Source: Octopus sinensis (Eukaryota). From it: a stretch of DNA of 64,000 nucleotides. Positions 50,652 to 62,751 of this stretch are shown here, one piece after another; position 1 is the first letter of the stretch; the number at the start of each line of letters is the position of its first letter. The translations under genes and the position numbers were made by a program. A model generated the notes under the pieces. The model did no database searches, had not been told where the DNA came from, and worked only from the letters and a program-made list of their open reading frames with translations. Location: NCBI RefSeq assembly GCF_006345805.1, contig NC_043019.1:11159360-11223359 (forward strand). Direction: 5' to 3'.

Positions 50652-51101
50652 TTAACCATTCGTTACTGTATTTATTTTGAGATGCTCTGTGTTTCTTTCA
50701 ATTACTTTAAATATAACAAAGAATTTAGTAAAATAACTTAGTTATCATTCAGCTTGTATTAGGAACATAAATTGTGACTAAGGTTTGGTGGAAGATTTTA
50801 ATTCAAAACTTACAAAAACAAGACATTTGTATTCAGAGCCAGAGGTGGGTTGCTATCAAAAGGGTTAAAAATATCATGGTGACTTTAACCCTTTTGTTAC
50901 CTTATTTCTATTGAGTCTTTCAATTACTTTAAATATAACAAAGAATTTAGTAAAATAACTTAGTTATCATTAAGCTAGTGTTAGGAACATAAATTGTGAC
51001 AAAGGTTTGGTGGAAGATTTTGATTCAAAACTTATGAAAACATGATATTTATACTTCAGAGCCAGAGCTGGTTTCAGCCGGTTTGGTAATGAAAGAGTTA
51101 A
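50652..51101 (+). mobile_element. Two adjacent piggyBac-type MITEs, family P2 (50652-50868 and 50885-51101)
   Basis: ttaacc(c)tt...aa(g)ggttaa termini with TTAA; further copies at about 52718 (split by the RTE) and 63857-64000. Confidence 0.65.
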
Positions 51102-51134
51102 ATACTAAAGGTTTAATACTGTCTCTTTTGCTAA

Positions 51135-51486
51135 TCTCTCTCTATATAAAGCTGAAGTTGTCTGTGTATGGCAGGTTTGGTAGCCTTCAACTAATACTAT
51201 CTCCTCCGAGACCCTGCGGCGCAAGTTGATCAAAATTGAGAGTATGATAGAAGAACCGTGTTAACACCAAAAATTATTTACATCAAAAAGGTGCTTTTTT
51301 TCTATGAAAATCCCAATTTTTTAACGATTTTTTGACTGCTGTGTCACCACTTTTCGGTGTATTTCAACCAAAAAAATGTTCACTTAAAGAGAATAACAAG
51401 CTACATAATGCTAAATTTTTACTTTCCAAAAATTCCAATTCTAAAGGGTCGAAACAAACCCAAGCAACACCGGGCAATACTGCTAG
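51135..51486 (+). mobile_element. Helitron H1 copy (internally deleted), first of a head-to-tail pair
   Basis: A|TC start, CTAG end directly followed by the TC of the next copy. Confidence 0.82.
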
Positions 51487-51874
51487 TCTATATATAAAGC
51501 TGAAGTTGTCTGTGTATGGCAGGTTTGGTAGCCTTCAACTAACACTATCTCCTCTGAGACCATGCAGCGCAAGTTGACCAAAATTGAGAGTATGATAGAA
51601 GAAGGCTTACTCTTCTTTCCGTAGAAGATAAAAATCAAATCGGACCATGTTAACACCAAAAATTATTTACATCAAAAAGGTGCTTTTTTTCTGTGAAGAT
51701 CCCTATTTTTTACGAGTTTTTGACTGCTGTGTTACCATTTTCCGGTGTATTTCAACCAGAAAAATGTGCACTTAAAGAGAATAACAAGCTACATAATGCA
51801 AAATTTTTACTTTTCAAAAATTCCAATTCTAAAGGGTCAAAACAAACCCGAGCAACGCCGGGCGATATTGCTAG
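51487..51874 (+). mobile_element. Helitron H1 copy, second of the pair
   Basis: TCTATATATAAAGCTG...cccgagcaacgccggg...CTAG|T. Confidence 0.82.
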
Positions 51875-51967
51875 TAAATGTTATAATTATTTCTTTCCTT
51901 TTTTTTTCTTTTGTTTTTCAGTGTCCATCCCCCCTTGTTCCCCCCTTTTTCTTCCTCAGCCAGCATC

Positions 51968-52069
51968 ATGCCTTTACTGAATGTGATGGGGGTGAATATA
52001 GAATTCCCGTTTGAAGCCTATGAATGCCAGAAGGACTACATGCAGAAGGTGATCACATGTTTACAACAG
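51968..52069 (+). CDS. RTEL1: Regulator of telomere elongation helicase 1, first coding exon
   Basis: MPLLNVMGVNIEFPFEAYECQKDYMQKVITCLQQ aligns with human [34 protein letters not shown] (recalled sequence); upstream acceptor cttcctcag at 51959; gtcagc donor. Confidence 0.9.
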
Positions 52070-52395
52070 GTCAGCTTATGAAATAACCCTTTTTACTTTT
52101 GTCGTTGTTGTTGTTTAACCCCAGGTCATCTCTGGTGGAGTAGACCTATGATCAAATATGTTCCAATTGTGACCACCCCCATGTTATTGTAGGACAATGA
52201 TGATTTCATTCAACATATTCCCCTCTCAGATTCACACACTTATTGCAGTCCTTTAGGTTTTCTAAGCCCTATAAAAGAACTCAGAAGGTTGGGCCTCCAA
52301 CCAGGCCTTTCACGATACCCTAAAATCCAGGAACTTTTCAGCACCCCCTCGTACAATCCTTATTAATGGTTATCTTTTTCATTTCACTCCTGCAG

Positions 52396-52627
52396 AATCA
52401 GAACGGCATCTTGGAAAGTCCTACAGGGACTGGTAAAACCCTCTGCCTCTTGTGTTCGTCCCTTGCATGGCTGCAAGACTACAAAGCCCTGATGGCATTG
52501 AAGAGGCAAGGAAGAGCCCAGGAATTTGTTGAGAGCAGTGCAGGTGGCGGAAACATCATATTGGACAGTTTATCAAAGCAGCTGACCAACTCGAGTGGTG
52601 CCGCATGGGGAGGAGGACAGGAGTTTG
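52396..52627 (+). CDS. RTEL1: RTEL1 second coding exon (Walker A / helicase motif I)
   Basis: [25 protein letters not shown]...GGGQEF; ctgcag acceptor, gtaaat donor, phase 0-1. Confidence 0.92.
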
Positions 52628-52785
52628 GTAAATATCTGTTTTTATTCTGAAGAATTAACTATTTCAGTGAAATTGGACCCTTTTTTTAAAACTCCTTTTT
52701 ATTTGTGTTTATTATGTTTAACCCTTTTGTTACCATATTTCTGTTGAGATGTTCTGTGTTTCTTTCAATTACTTTAAAATATAAC

Positions 52786-54000
52786 TCGCTCAGAGTAAAA
52801 GGCAGACTGTATGATGCATGTGTACGAACAGCTATGCTACATGGCAGTGAAACATGGGCCGTGACTGCTGAGGACATGCGTAAGCTCGTGAGGAACGAAG
52901 CCAGTATGCTCCGATGGATGTGTAATGTCAGTGTACTTACTCGACAGAGCGTTAGTACCTTGAGAGAAATGTTGTACCTAAGAAGCATCAGTTGTTGTGT
53001 GCAAGAGAGACGATTGCGCTGGTATGGTCATGTGGCGAGAATGGATGAAGAGAGGTGTGTGAGAAAGTGCCAATCCCTAGCAGTGGAGGGAACCCGTGGA
53101 AGAGGTGACCCAGGAAAACCTGGGACGAGGTGGTGAAGCACGACCTTCGGACGTTAGGTCTCACCATGGAAATGACTAGAGACCGAGACCTATGGAAGTA
53201 TGCTGTGCGTGAGAAGACCCGGCAAGACTAGTGAAGCCATAATCCATGGCCCCTACCTGGGACGTAGTCAGTCCACCTGTGCATACCTTCCTTCTTGTGA
53301 CACTTGTGAAGACCTGTTTGAGGCAAGTGAGAATCGAATCGAATCGTATCAAATCAAATCGAACCAAATCAAAATAGATGAACATCAATGGAATTTGTAT
53401 CCTTGTGGTACCAGTGCCGGTGGCACATAAGAAAACCATCCGAACGTGACCGTAGCCAGTACCGCAATGACTGGCCTCCGTGCTGAGGGCACGTAACAAA
53501 CACCATCCGAGCGTGGCCGTCCGCCAGCCTCGTCTAGCACCTGTGTCGGTGACACATAAGAAAACACCATCCGAGCGTGGCCGTCTGCCAGCCTCGTCTG
53601 GCACCTGTGTCGGTGGCACATAAAAAAACACCATCCGAGCGTGGCCGTCTGCCAGCCTCGTCTGGCACCTGTGTCGGTGGCACATAAAAAAAAAAAAAAA
53701 AAAAAAACACCATCCGAGCGTGGCCGTCTGCCAGCCTCGTCTGGCACCTGTGTCGGTGGCACATAAAAACACCATCCGAGCGTGGCCGTCTGCCAGCCTC
53801 GTCTGGCACCTGTGTCGGTGGCACATAAAATCACCCACTACACTCTCGAGTGGTTGGCGTTAGGAAGGGCATCCAGCTGTAGAAACACTGCCACATCTGA
53901 CTGGCCTGGTGCAGCCTTCGGGCTTCCCAGACCCCAGTTGAACCGTCCAACCCATGCTAGCATGGAAAGCGGACGTTAAACGATGATGATGATGATGATG
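52786..54000 (+). mobile_element. 5'-truncated RTE LINE with complete 3'UTR, about 62-bp internal repeats and (GAT)n tail, in an RTEL1 intron
   Basis: KGRLYDACVRTAMLHGSETW...VQERRLRWYGHVARMDEERCV...RDRDLWKYAVREKTRQD*; ataac repeated at 52781 and 54001. Confidence 0.92.
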
Positions 54001-54065
54001 ATAACAAAGAATTAAGTAAAATAACTGTCAGTTTTTATAAAATTTGCCAATTTCATTGAAATAAA

Positions 54066-54625
54066 TACAAGGTCGTATCAAAAAGTTCCCAAACTAGTTT
54101 TGTATTGCGCCAACAGATGGCAGCACATGGTTGCATGCACAGTGAGAGCTAGTAGTGTGCTGAGTGACATTGCTGTGTTTACGTCGCAACTTATGACATT
54201 TGGTGTTTTTGCGATCACATACATACTATAGACTGTGATTTTGTCATGGACAGGGACAAAGAACCAACGTGAAATTTTGTGTTAAGCTTGGGAAGTCTTC
54301 TACAGAGACATTGAGCATGCTTTGGCAAGTTTTTGTTGACAGGGCAATGGGTCTTATGCAAGGGTGCTTCAAAAGTAGAAGAACATCCTTGGAAGACAAT
54401 GAGCGATCTGGGAGACATATCCTGAGTGCCATCCCTGGAAATGTGGTATTGTGCATCAAGAATTTGTCCCCCAGGGTCAGACCATCAATCGAGCGTTTGA
54501 GGTAACACATTTGGGGAAAGCAACCGGATCTGTGGAGCAGATTCTTCACAACAACAATTCACTGTCACCAAGCTCTCCTCACTCTCGAGTTTCTTGCCAA
54601 AAATATGGTATTGCTTCCTCACCTG
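54066..54625 (+). mobile_element. Deleted mariner transposon remnant
   Basis: TIR-like tacaaggtcgtatcaaaaagttccc; VKFCVKLGKSSTETLSML...EDNERSGR; GIVHQEFVPQGQTIN. Confidence 0.85.
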
Positions 54626-56018
54626 TCCTTAATGTGTCACTGGAACTGGTGTCCTTAGCATGTCACCAGCATGGATCCCTTAAACATGTCCCTGGCATGG
54701 GTGCCTCTAATGTGTCACTGGCACAGGTGCCTTTAATGCATCACTAGCACGGTTGCCTTTAGTGTGTCATGGGCACAAGTACTTTTTAAAGCCAAACCTT
54801 TAAAATACAGGTACAGCCCATCAGACTGACACCTACATAATTTTCATGGACTGAATTTCACTTCCCAGCTGTTGCAGGGTGACCCGTTTGTGGCTGAGTG
54901 GACTGGAGCAGCATAAAATGAAGTGTTTCATTCAAGAAGACAACACACTGCCCAGTCACGGAATTGAAATCATGGTCTTATGATCTTAATGAAACTTAGA
55001 CTTAGTTCTGTTGTGCACCGTGGGACTCTTAAAGCTGGAGCTTAATTCGGTTTCCATGACATATAGGTAATAGATTACAACACTGTCCCCTCTTTTGCCC
55101 CTGAATGGGAGATCAGTCCATTGAACTGAGAAATTAATAAAAGAAAAAGACTTGCTCAAGATGCCGTGTTTTAGGATTGAAACTGAAACTTCATGATGGC
55201 AAAGCAAATTTATTAACCACTTAGCAATGTCAACAACCACAATGTAATTATTTGACTCTCTGATCCTGTGATTACATTGATGCAATAAGTATTATATTGG
55301 TGATGATGTTGATGATGATAATTGTGATGATGGTGATGTTGATGGTAGTGATAATGATGATGGTGGTCGTGATCACGATAACGACTGTAGTGATACACAT
55401 GGTGATGACATCATGTGGCGATAGATATGTTGATGACGGTGATGTAAATATGTTAATGATTACCTGGCTATGTTAATGACCGTGTTGATAATGTCACTAT
55501 GTGGTGGCCATATTAAATGGGTGGGTCTGTTGTTGACCTGTGCATGTGGAGGTGTGTGTTGACACTGTGGGTAATGTTTGTATGATAGATTGACAGTGTG
55601 GACATGTTGATGAGTTGACGGTGCAGATGTGTTGACATCTCGACGGTGTAGTTGTGTTGGCATGTCGGTGGTGTATGTGTTAATGTACCAGTGTTCTGAA
55701 TGCGTCAAGGTGGTGGTGTCGAGGTGTTAGTGGTGGTATAGTTGTGTTGAGGTGTTGACAATGCAGAGGAATTGACATGTCGACGGTGTAGACATGATAA
55801 TGTGTTGGCATTGTGGATGGGTTGAGGTGGTGGTGATGTGGATGGGTTTGTGTTGAGGTGTTGGTTAGGGATGATTGTGTCGAGATGGGGGTGGTGGTAT
55901 GGGTCTATTGATGTTCATAATGTGTTTATGGTCTGAGTGTGTGTGTGTTGACTGTATGTCGATGCTGATGCTTATTAATGCTAACGGCATCTCACTAATT
56001 AAACCTCTAATGTTCCAG

Positions 56019-56103
56019 TTGTACCCAAGATCATCTATGCATCACGTACCCACTCACAGCTGACTCAGGTTGTCCAGGAATTGAAGAGGAGTGCCTACAG
56101 CAG
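56019..56103 (+). CDS. RTEL1: RTEL1 third coding exon (motif Ia)
   Basis: [28 protein letters not shown]; ttccag acceptor (phase 1, matches the previous exon), gtcagt donor. Confidence 0.92.
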
Positions 56104-56427
56104 GTCAGTAAACCTTGGAACATAAGGGGTGGCCATATGGGTGGGGCAGGTGATGGGAGCTGGCAGGGAGGGGTGTTTCTGGGTATGACGCAGTGTACAG
56201 CACTAACAGAACAATGGAGCAAAACTTCACTGTCAGTGGACATACAGAGTACAAAATAGCATTCGCTCATGTATCTAAATATAGATACAAACACGCCACT
56301 GCACAAAACTATATATATAGATATGCGTTCACACACACACACCATGCATATAGATATACATTATACATACATATGCACACAAAGACTTTATAGACACATA
56401 ACAGAATAATATGTACAAACTTATCAC

Positions 56428-56460
<33 letters not shown>

Positions 56461-56463
56461 ATA

Positions 56464-56515
<52 letters not shown>

Positions 56516-56519
56516 TGGG

Positions 56520-56890
56520 AGCAGATGTGGGTGTGTGGTAAGAAGCTTACTTCCCAACCACATTGTTCCAGGTTCAGTCCCACTGTGTGGCACTTTGGGC
56601 AAGTATCTTCAGTATAGTCTAGGACCAACCAAACCCTTGTGAGTGGATTTAGTAGACAGAAACTGAAAGAAGTTCATTGTATGTGTGTATATATATATTT
56701 GTGTGTCTTTGTGTTTGTCCTCCCATCAGCGCTTGGCAACTGATGTTGGTGTGTTTATGTCCCTGTAACTTAGTGGTTCAGCATAAGAGACCGATAGAAT
56801 AAGTACTAGGCTTATAAAGAATAAGTCCTGGGGTCGATTTCTTCAACTAAAACCCTTTAAGGGTTAGTCAAAATGACTGAAACATGTAAA
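56520..56890 (+). mobile_element. SINE family B
   Basis: Head-to-tail match to the family. Confidence 0.8.
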
Positions 56891-56891
56891 A

Positions 56892-56930
<39 letters not shown>

Positions 56931-57144
56931 TGAGAAAGTTGGTTTGTGAAAGCACATGGTTGAATATATATAAATATATCCTTGTTTGAGAATAATAAAG
57001 AAGTGTAACCCATCAGATTAATGTAAAATTGTCTTTATTATAGCTGAATATTAAAAGAAAAATTAATATACAAATGTATGTGTGTAGATGTATGTATATG
57101 TGTATATAATATATATATATGTATAGATATATATATATGTGTAG

Positions 57145-57186
<42 letters not shown>

Positions 57187-58673
57187 GTACATATGTGTGG
57201 CCGCATCCGGCTGCAAGGTCATATTTCCTTATGAACAGACGTGTTTTCATGGAAGATGGGATATGATGGACACTGTTTGTATGATGGTGGCACTTGTTTA
57301 CAGCTATTATATAATATTTGGGCAAGAAAACAGTAACACACACATGTAACACAAACGTCACACGTGGTACACTCACATGTTACATACACATGTAACACAC
57401 ACGTGACGCACATGAGAATGATGGCTTCTGCAGGCTGCTAGCTATCTCATCCCCCTCACTTACCTTTGCCCTCCTCCCACAACCGTGTCATCTTTACTAC
57501 TCCTACTGCTTACCCCTTTCTCCGTTCCACATCTTTCTATCTCCTCCAACTCGTAGCTCCTTACTCAGTTGCCCTTCAATCCTATCCCTTGTAGCTGTCT
57601 GCCCCTTCATCATCTCCCCTCATTTTCCTTCCCTTACAATCTTGCAAACTACCTCATCAACTCACCTTGTGACTTCTGGAACACCCCAGGCACCTCGTCC
57701 CCATTAATCCATCTCTTACAACCCCTACTGTTCATTTTCTCTTTCTCCCCCTTTCCCCGACCGGATGTGAGTTACCATGCAGATCCCCTATAAGAACCTG
57801 CTGTGTCCCTAACCCCTTCTCATAGTTCAGTTCCTTCATCCACTCACATGATGCTGACCTCCACCTTTGCTTTGTTGTTCTGCAAACTGCATGGCAACCC
57901 TCATCCCCAGTGCAGGTGGCACAAAATAGAATAGCACCTGGTCCATGCTCTAAAGTGGTCGACATTAGGAAGGACAGTCAGCTGTAGAAACCAGGTTCAA
58001 ACAGATGTTGGAGCTTGATGCAGTCATTGGCCACATTGGATCCTGTCAAACCATCCAACCCATGCCAGAATGGAATGAGGGTGTTAAATTATAATGATGA
58101 CACATCAACACATACACGTGTGTGTGTGTGTGTGCGTGTGTAATTACAGTATATGCTGAGACCCACTTCGGTCATGAATGACCATGGGATTGCACCTAAA
58201 AAGTTACCCTCTCTGGCTCAAGTCCGGACAAGGTTGTTTATGGAAGACCAGCAGTTGCCCATGCATACTGGCCTCCCATCTCCATGCCACCAGTGTTATC
58301 CAAGGGAAAGACAAAGGGGCCAATACAGCTTGGCACCTGTGACGTCGCAACTCATTTCTACAGCTGAGTGAACTGGAGCAAGGTGAAATAATGTGTCTTG
58401 CCCAAGAACACAGCATGCAGCCTGGTCTGGGATTCGAAATCATAAGCTCACGATCGTAAGCTTGACGCTCTAACCACCGAGCCATGCGCCTTCACTTTAC
58501 AGTATATACATACTCTTTTACTCTTTTACTTGTTTCAGTCATTTGACTGCGGCCATGCTGGAGCACCGCCTTTAATTGAGCAACTCGACCCTGGGACTTA
58601 TTCTTTTGTAAGCCCAGTACTTATTTTATTGGTCTCTTTTGCCAAACCGCTAAGTATATATATACATGTATTT

Positions 58674-58731
<58 letters not shown>

Positions 58732-59337
58732 TATATATATATATGTGTGTATATATATATAGGGGACAGGCTTCTTTCAGTTTCCATCTATCAAATCCAC
58801 TCATAAGACTTTGATTGGAAGGCTGTAGTAGAAGATGCTTGACCAAAGTGCAATTTAATGGGACTGAACCCAGAACCATGTGGTTGGAAAGCAAACTTCT
58901 TACTACACAGCCAAACCTCTGCCTGTATCAAAATATGGTGGGCCTTATTCTCATACAGGAGATTACCATGTGGTTTGAGGTAGCTTCTGCTGCTATTTCT
59001 AGCAGGTCAGGTGGTTACATTGAGGCTTCCTCTATCTTGATGATGATGATGATGATGATGAATCATTAATAGTGACAAATATTAGTGCAGCAACAAGTTA
59101 TATGAGTCACTCCGTCGGTCAATGTATCGGTCTTTATTTAAAACAAGCGAGAGATGAATTGAGGAAGATTTAGCTGTTTTTTTTAGCATCAATAGGATTT
59201 TCGGTGTTTTGTTGTTCTCTACCAATCATCAGCAGTTAGACTTTGGCATTTAGATCCGTTATGGGACCCAGGTTTCATAAAGCTGGGGCTTAACTCGGTT
59301 TCTATGGCATTTAAAAGTGACTGTTATTATGACGTGT

Positions 59338-60087
59338 AAGGCGGTGAGCAGGCAGAGACGTTAGCGCGCCAGGTGAAATGCTTAGCGGTATTTCGTCTGC
59401 CGTTATGTTCTGAGTTCAAATTCTGCCAAGGTCAACTTTGCCTTTCATCCTTTCGGGGTCGATTAAATAAGTACCAGTTACGCACTGGGGTCGATGTAAT
59501 CAACTTAATCTGTTTGTCTGTCCTTGTTTGTCCCCTCTGTGTTTAGCCCCTTGTGGGTAATAAAGAAATAGGTATTTCGTCTGCCGTTATGTTCTGAGTT
59601 CAAATTCTGCCAAGGTCAACTTTGCCTTTCATCCTTTCGGGGGCGATTAAATAAGTACCAGTTACGCACTGGGGTCGAAGTAATCGACTAAATCCGTTTG
59701 TCTGTCCTTTTTTGTCCTCTCTGTGTTTATCCCCTTGTGGGTAGCAAAGAGATAGGTATTTCGCCATATTGTCCCCACTGTGGTATTGTGTCTGTCCTTG
59801 TAGTGTCCCCTCTGTGTTAGTAGCCTGAGTGCCAAAATAAATAAATAAAGTTACGCACTGGGGTCGTTATAATCGACTTAATCCGTTTGTCCTCTCTGTA
59901 TTTAGCCCCTTGTGCTGCTACGTTGTGAGTTCAAATTCCGCCGAGGTCGACTTTGCCTTTCATCCTTTCGGGGTCGATTAAATAAGTACCAGTTACGCAC
60001 TGGGGTCGATATAATCGACTTAATCCGTTTGTCTGTCCTTGTTCGTCCCCTCTGTGTTTAGCCCCTTGTGGGTAGTAAAGAAATAGG
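59338..60087 (+). mobile_element. SINE family A multimer under one TSD
   Basis: One full copy plus reiterated 3' portions; tattatgacgtg at 59325 and 60088. Confidence 0.85.
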
Positions 60088-61287
60088 TATTATGACGTGC
60101 TCCCTGACCCCTAAACGGGATGCTGATCCTTTGCAGGGTTAACTTCCCAGCTATTATTGGAATTCATTAACAGCTGAGTGGGAGAGGAACAACGTGACAC
60201 GAAGTGCTTTTGCTTAAGAACACAACACTCTGCCCAGTCCAGGAATTGAAATCGTGGTCTTTTGATCATGAGTGCAACACCCTAACCACTGGACTACATG
60301 CCTTTACTCACCGGTAGTGAGAAAGCATGAAACCATTGAAGCTGTGCATGCGCATGCGTGCGTGTGCGTGTGCGTGTGTGTGTGTGAATGAGAGTGTGAG
60401 AGACTGGGTCTTCCTGTATCCTTCTCCACCATGTTGTCTCCATGGCAATGACCTAGACTAGGTCATTAGCGATGGGTTGCTTACATTAAGCAAGTTCCAC
60501 TTCCCTCCTCACCCTTTTTTTTTGCTGTTAGCCAAAAAAAAAAAGAGAAAAAATGCCAGGGGAATAAATTCAAGGGTACAGACTAACCTGAGGTGGTGGT
60601 GGTCGGGGAGGGGTATTTAGACTGGCAGCTGTCCTCCCACCACCACCACCACTGCCCCGCCCCCTCGCTCCTAGCTTTCCCAAGCACCTGCAACTGTTCG
60701 ACTGTAGAACACCACTTAGTCATGTAACAACCGCAAGTCAGGTGCATCTAGTTTGGTTGTTGTTGTTCTTGTTCTTGTTGAGCCCGTTGAACAGTTGCAT
60801 TTGTTGTTTATGCAGTTGACACATGACCAGCTGCACAGTGCTGTTGTTGTTGCTGCATTGCTGTTGCTTTTGTTGTTGTTGCATGTGTAAGGATGCTGGC
60901 AAAGCACTGGTGCACGTTATACTTATGCACACACACACACACACACACACACGCATATACACAGATATATCCTTTTTATCTTTTACCTATTCTAGCCATT
61001 TGACTGAAACAAGTAAAAGAGCATTATTATTTAAGGTGGCAAGCTGGCAGAATCATTAGCACACTGGGCAAAATGCTTCGTGGAATTTCATCCATCTTTA
61101 CATTCTGAGTTCAAATTCCGTCAGGTCGGCTTTGTCTTTCATCCTTTGGGGGTAGGGTTTGATGAATTAAGTACCAATCAAGTACTGAAGTTGATGAGAA
61201 TGACTTACTCCCTCCCCAAAATTTCTGGCCTTGTGCCTATAGTAGAAAATATTATTATAATTATTATTATTATTATTATTATTATTA

Positions 61288-61808
61288 CTAACTGTATCAC
61301 CCAGCGTTGCTCGGGTTTGTTTTGACCCTTTAGAATGGGAATATTCGAAAAGTAAAAATTTTGCATTATGTAGCTTGTTATTTTCTTTAAGTGAACATTT
61401 TTCTGGTTGAAATACACTGAAAAATGGTGACACAGCAGTAACAAAATCATGAAAAATAGGGATTTTCATAGAAAAAAGCACCTTTTTGATGTAAATAACT
61501 TTTGGTGTTAACATGGTCCGATTTGAACTTTTTCTTCTACAGAAGGAAGCGCAAGCCTTCTATCATACTCTCAGTTTTGGTCAACTTGTGCAGCAGGGTC
61601 TCAGAGGAGATAGTGTTAGTTGAAGGCTACCAAACCTATTTCTTTACTACCCACAAGGGGTTAAACACAGAGGGGACAAACAAACGGATTAAGTCGATTA
61701 TATCGACCCCAGTGCGTAACTGGTACTTAATTTATCGACCATATCAAGGCGGAATTTGAACTCAGAACCTGCCATACACAGACAACTTCAGCTTTATATA
61801 GAGAGAGA
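61288..61808 (-). mobile_element. Helitron H1 copy carrying the same SINE-A fragment as 36171
   Basis: Reverse-complement A|TC...TTAG|T with hairpin cccgagcaacgctggg; same cargo junctions. Confidence 0.8.
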
Positions 61809-61899
61809 TTACTGAGTGAGAGAGCAATACATGCCATCAAAGTGACACTGGGGTACAAATATCTGAAGCCCAGTAAACCCATTGAAAGGAAAAACCAAT

Positions 61900-62060
61900 A
61901 GCACCAGTAGAGGGCTCCTTCAAATGCAGTCACTGTATGCGTGACCACCACTCCTGTGTGGGCCTCCACTGCCACAACAGATGCTGCACCACCATCAGCA
62001 GCCGACACAATTTCTTTGGATGCAGATCCATTGTCTGTTGAGACCAACAGATGCCTTTTA
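61900..62060 (+). mobile_element. RTE-type LINE extreme 3' end (C-terminal zinc finger)
   Basis: APVEGSFKCSHCMRDHHSCVGLHCHNRCC, similar to the C..C.RDCHSRIGL.SH.RRC motif of RTE elements. Confidence 0.65.
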
Positions 62061-62751
62061 CAGCAATAAATGGTGTTTCAACAATCTTGTCTTAAGAATT
62101 AATATTATTACTTCTTTAATTAGTCTTAGCAATCAGTAGCACCGTGTAATCAATCAGGCTTATTACTTCATTGATTAGTAGTCTTAACAATCAATATTAT
62201 CAATCAGTTTAAGGCAGTGAGCTGGCAGAATAATGCTGGCCAAAATGCTTGGCGGCATTTCGTCTGTCTTCATGTTCTGAGTTCAAATTCCACTGGGGTC
62301 GACTTTGCCTTTCATCCTTTTGGGGTCAATGAAATAAATACCTGTTGAACACAGGAATCAATGTAATCAACTTGCCCCTCCCCCAAATTGCTGGCCTTGT
62401 GCCAAAATTTGAAAGCGATGTTATTAATCAATTAGGATTATTATATCAGTAATTAGTCATAATGATGTTATTGCTTAATCAATCAGGATTATTATTTCGG
62501 TGATTAGTCATCAGTTGGGATTAATAGTACAGCAGTTAGTTTTAACAGTCAACATTATTGTTTAATCAATTAAGATTGTTTAGCAATTTAATTTGTCTTA
62601 CCAATCAATATTATTCACTCTTTAGAATTTAAACACAGCCCACACCTGGCCCAAAATATTCTATCTATTTTATGTTCAAAGGGGCCACATCTGGCCTCTC
62701 ACACCTACCCTATAATGTTGTTTTAAAAATAAACAGTCACATCATAAAAAT

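Noticed and set aside
53490-53820. HDV-like ribozyme in the 62-bp unit (ggccg...ccagcctcg.ctgg resembles HDV P3/L3)
   Set aside because: I could not find the P1 partner or P2/P4 pairing needed for the nested double pseudoknot.
60738-60900. Gln/Asn-rich ORF on the - strand as a nested gene exon
   Set aside because: Explained by degenerate (CAA/CAG)n sequence next to (CA)n; no convincing splice sites.
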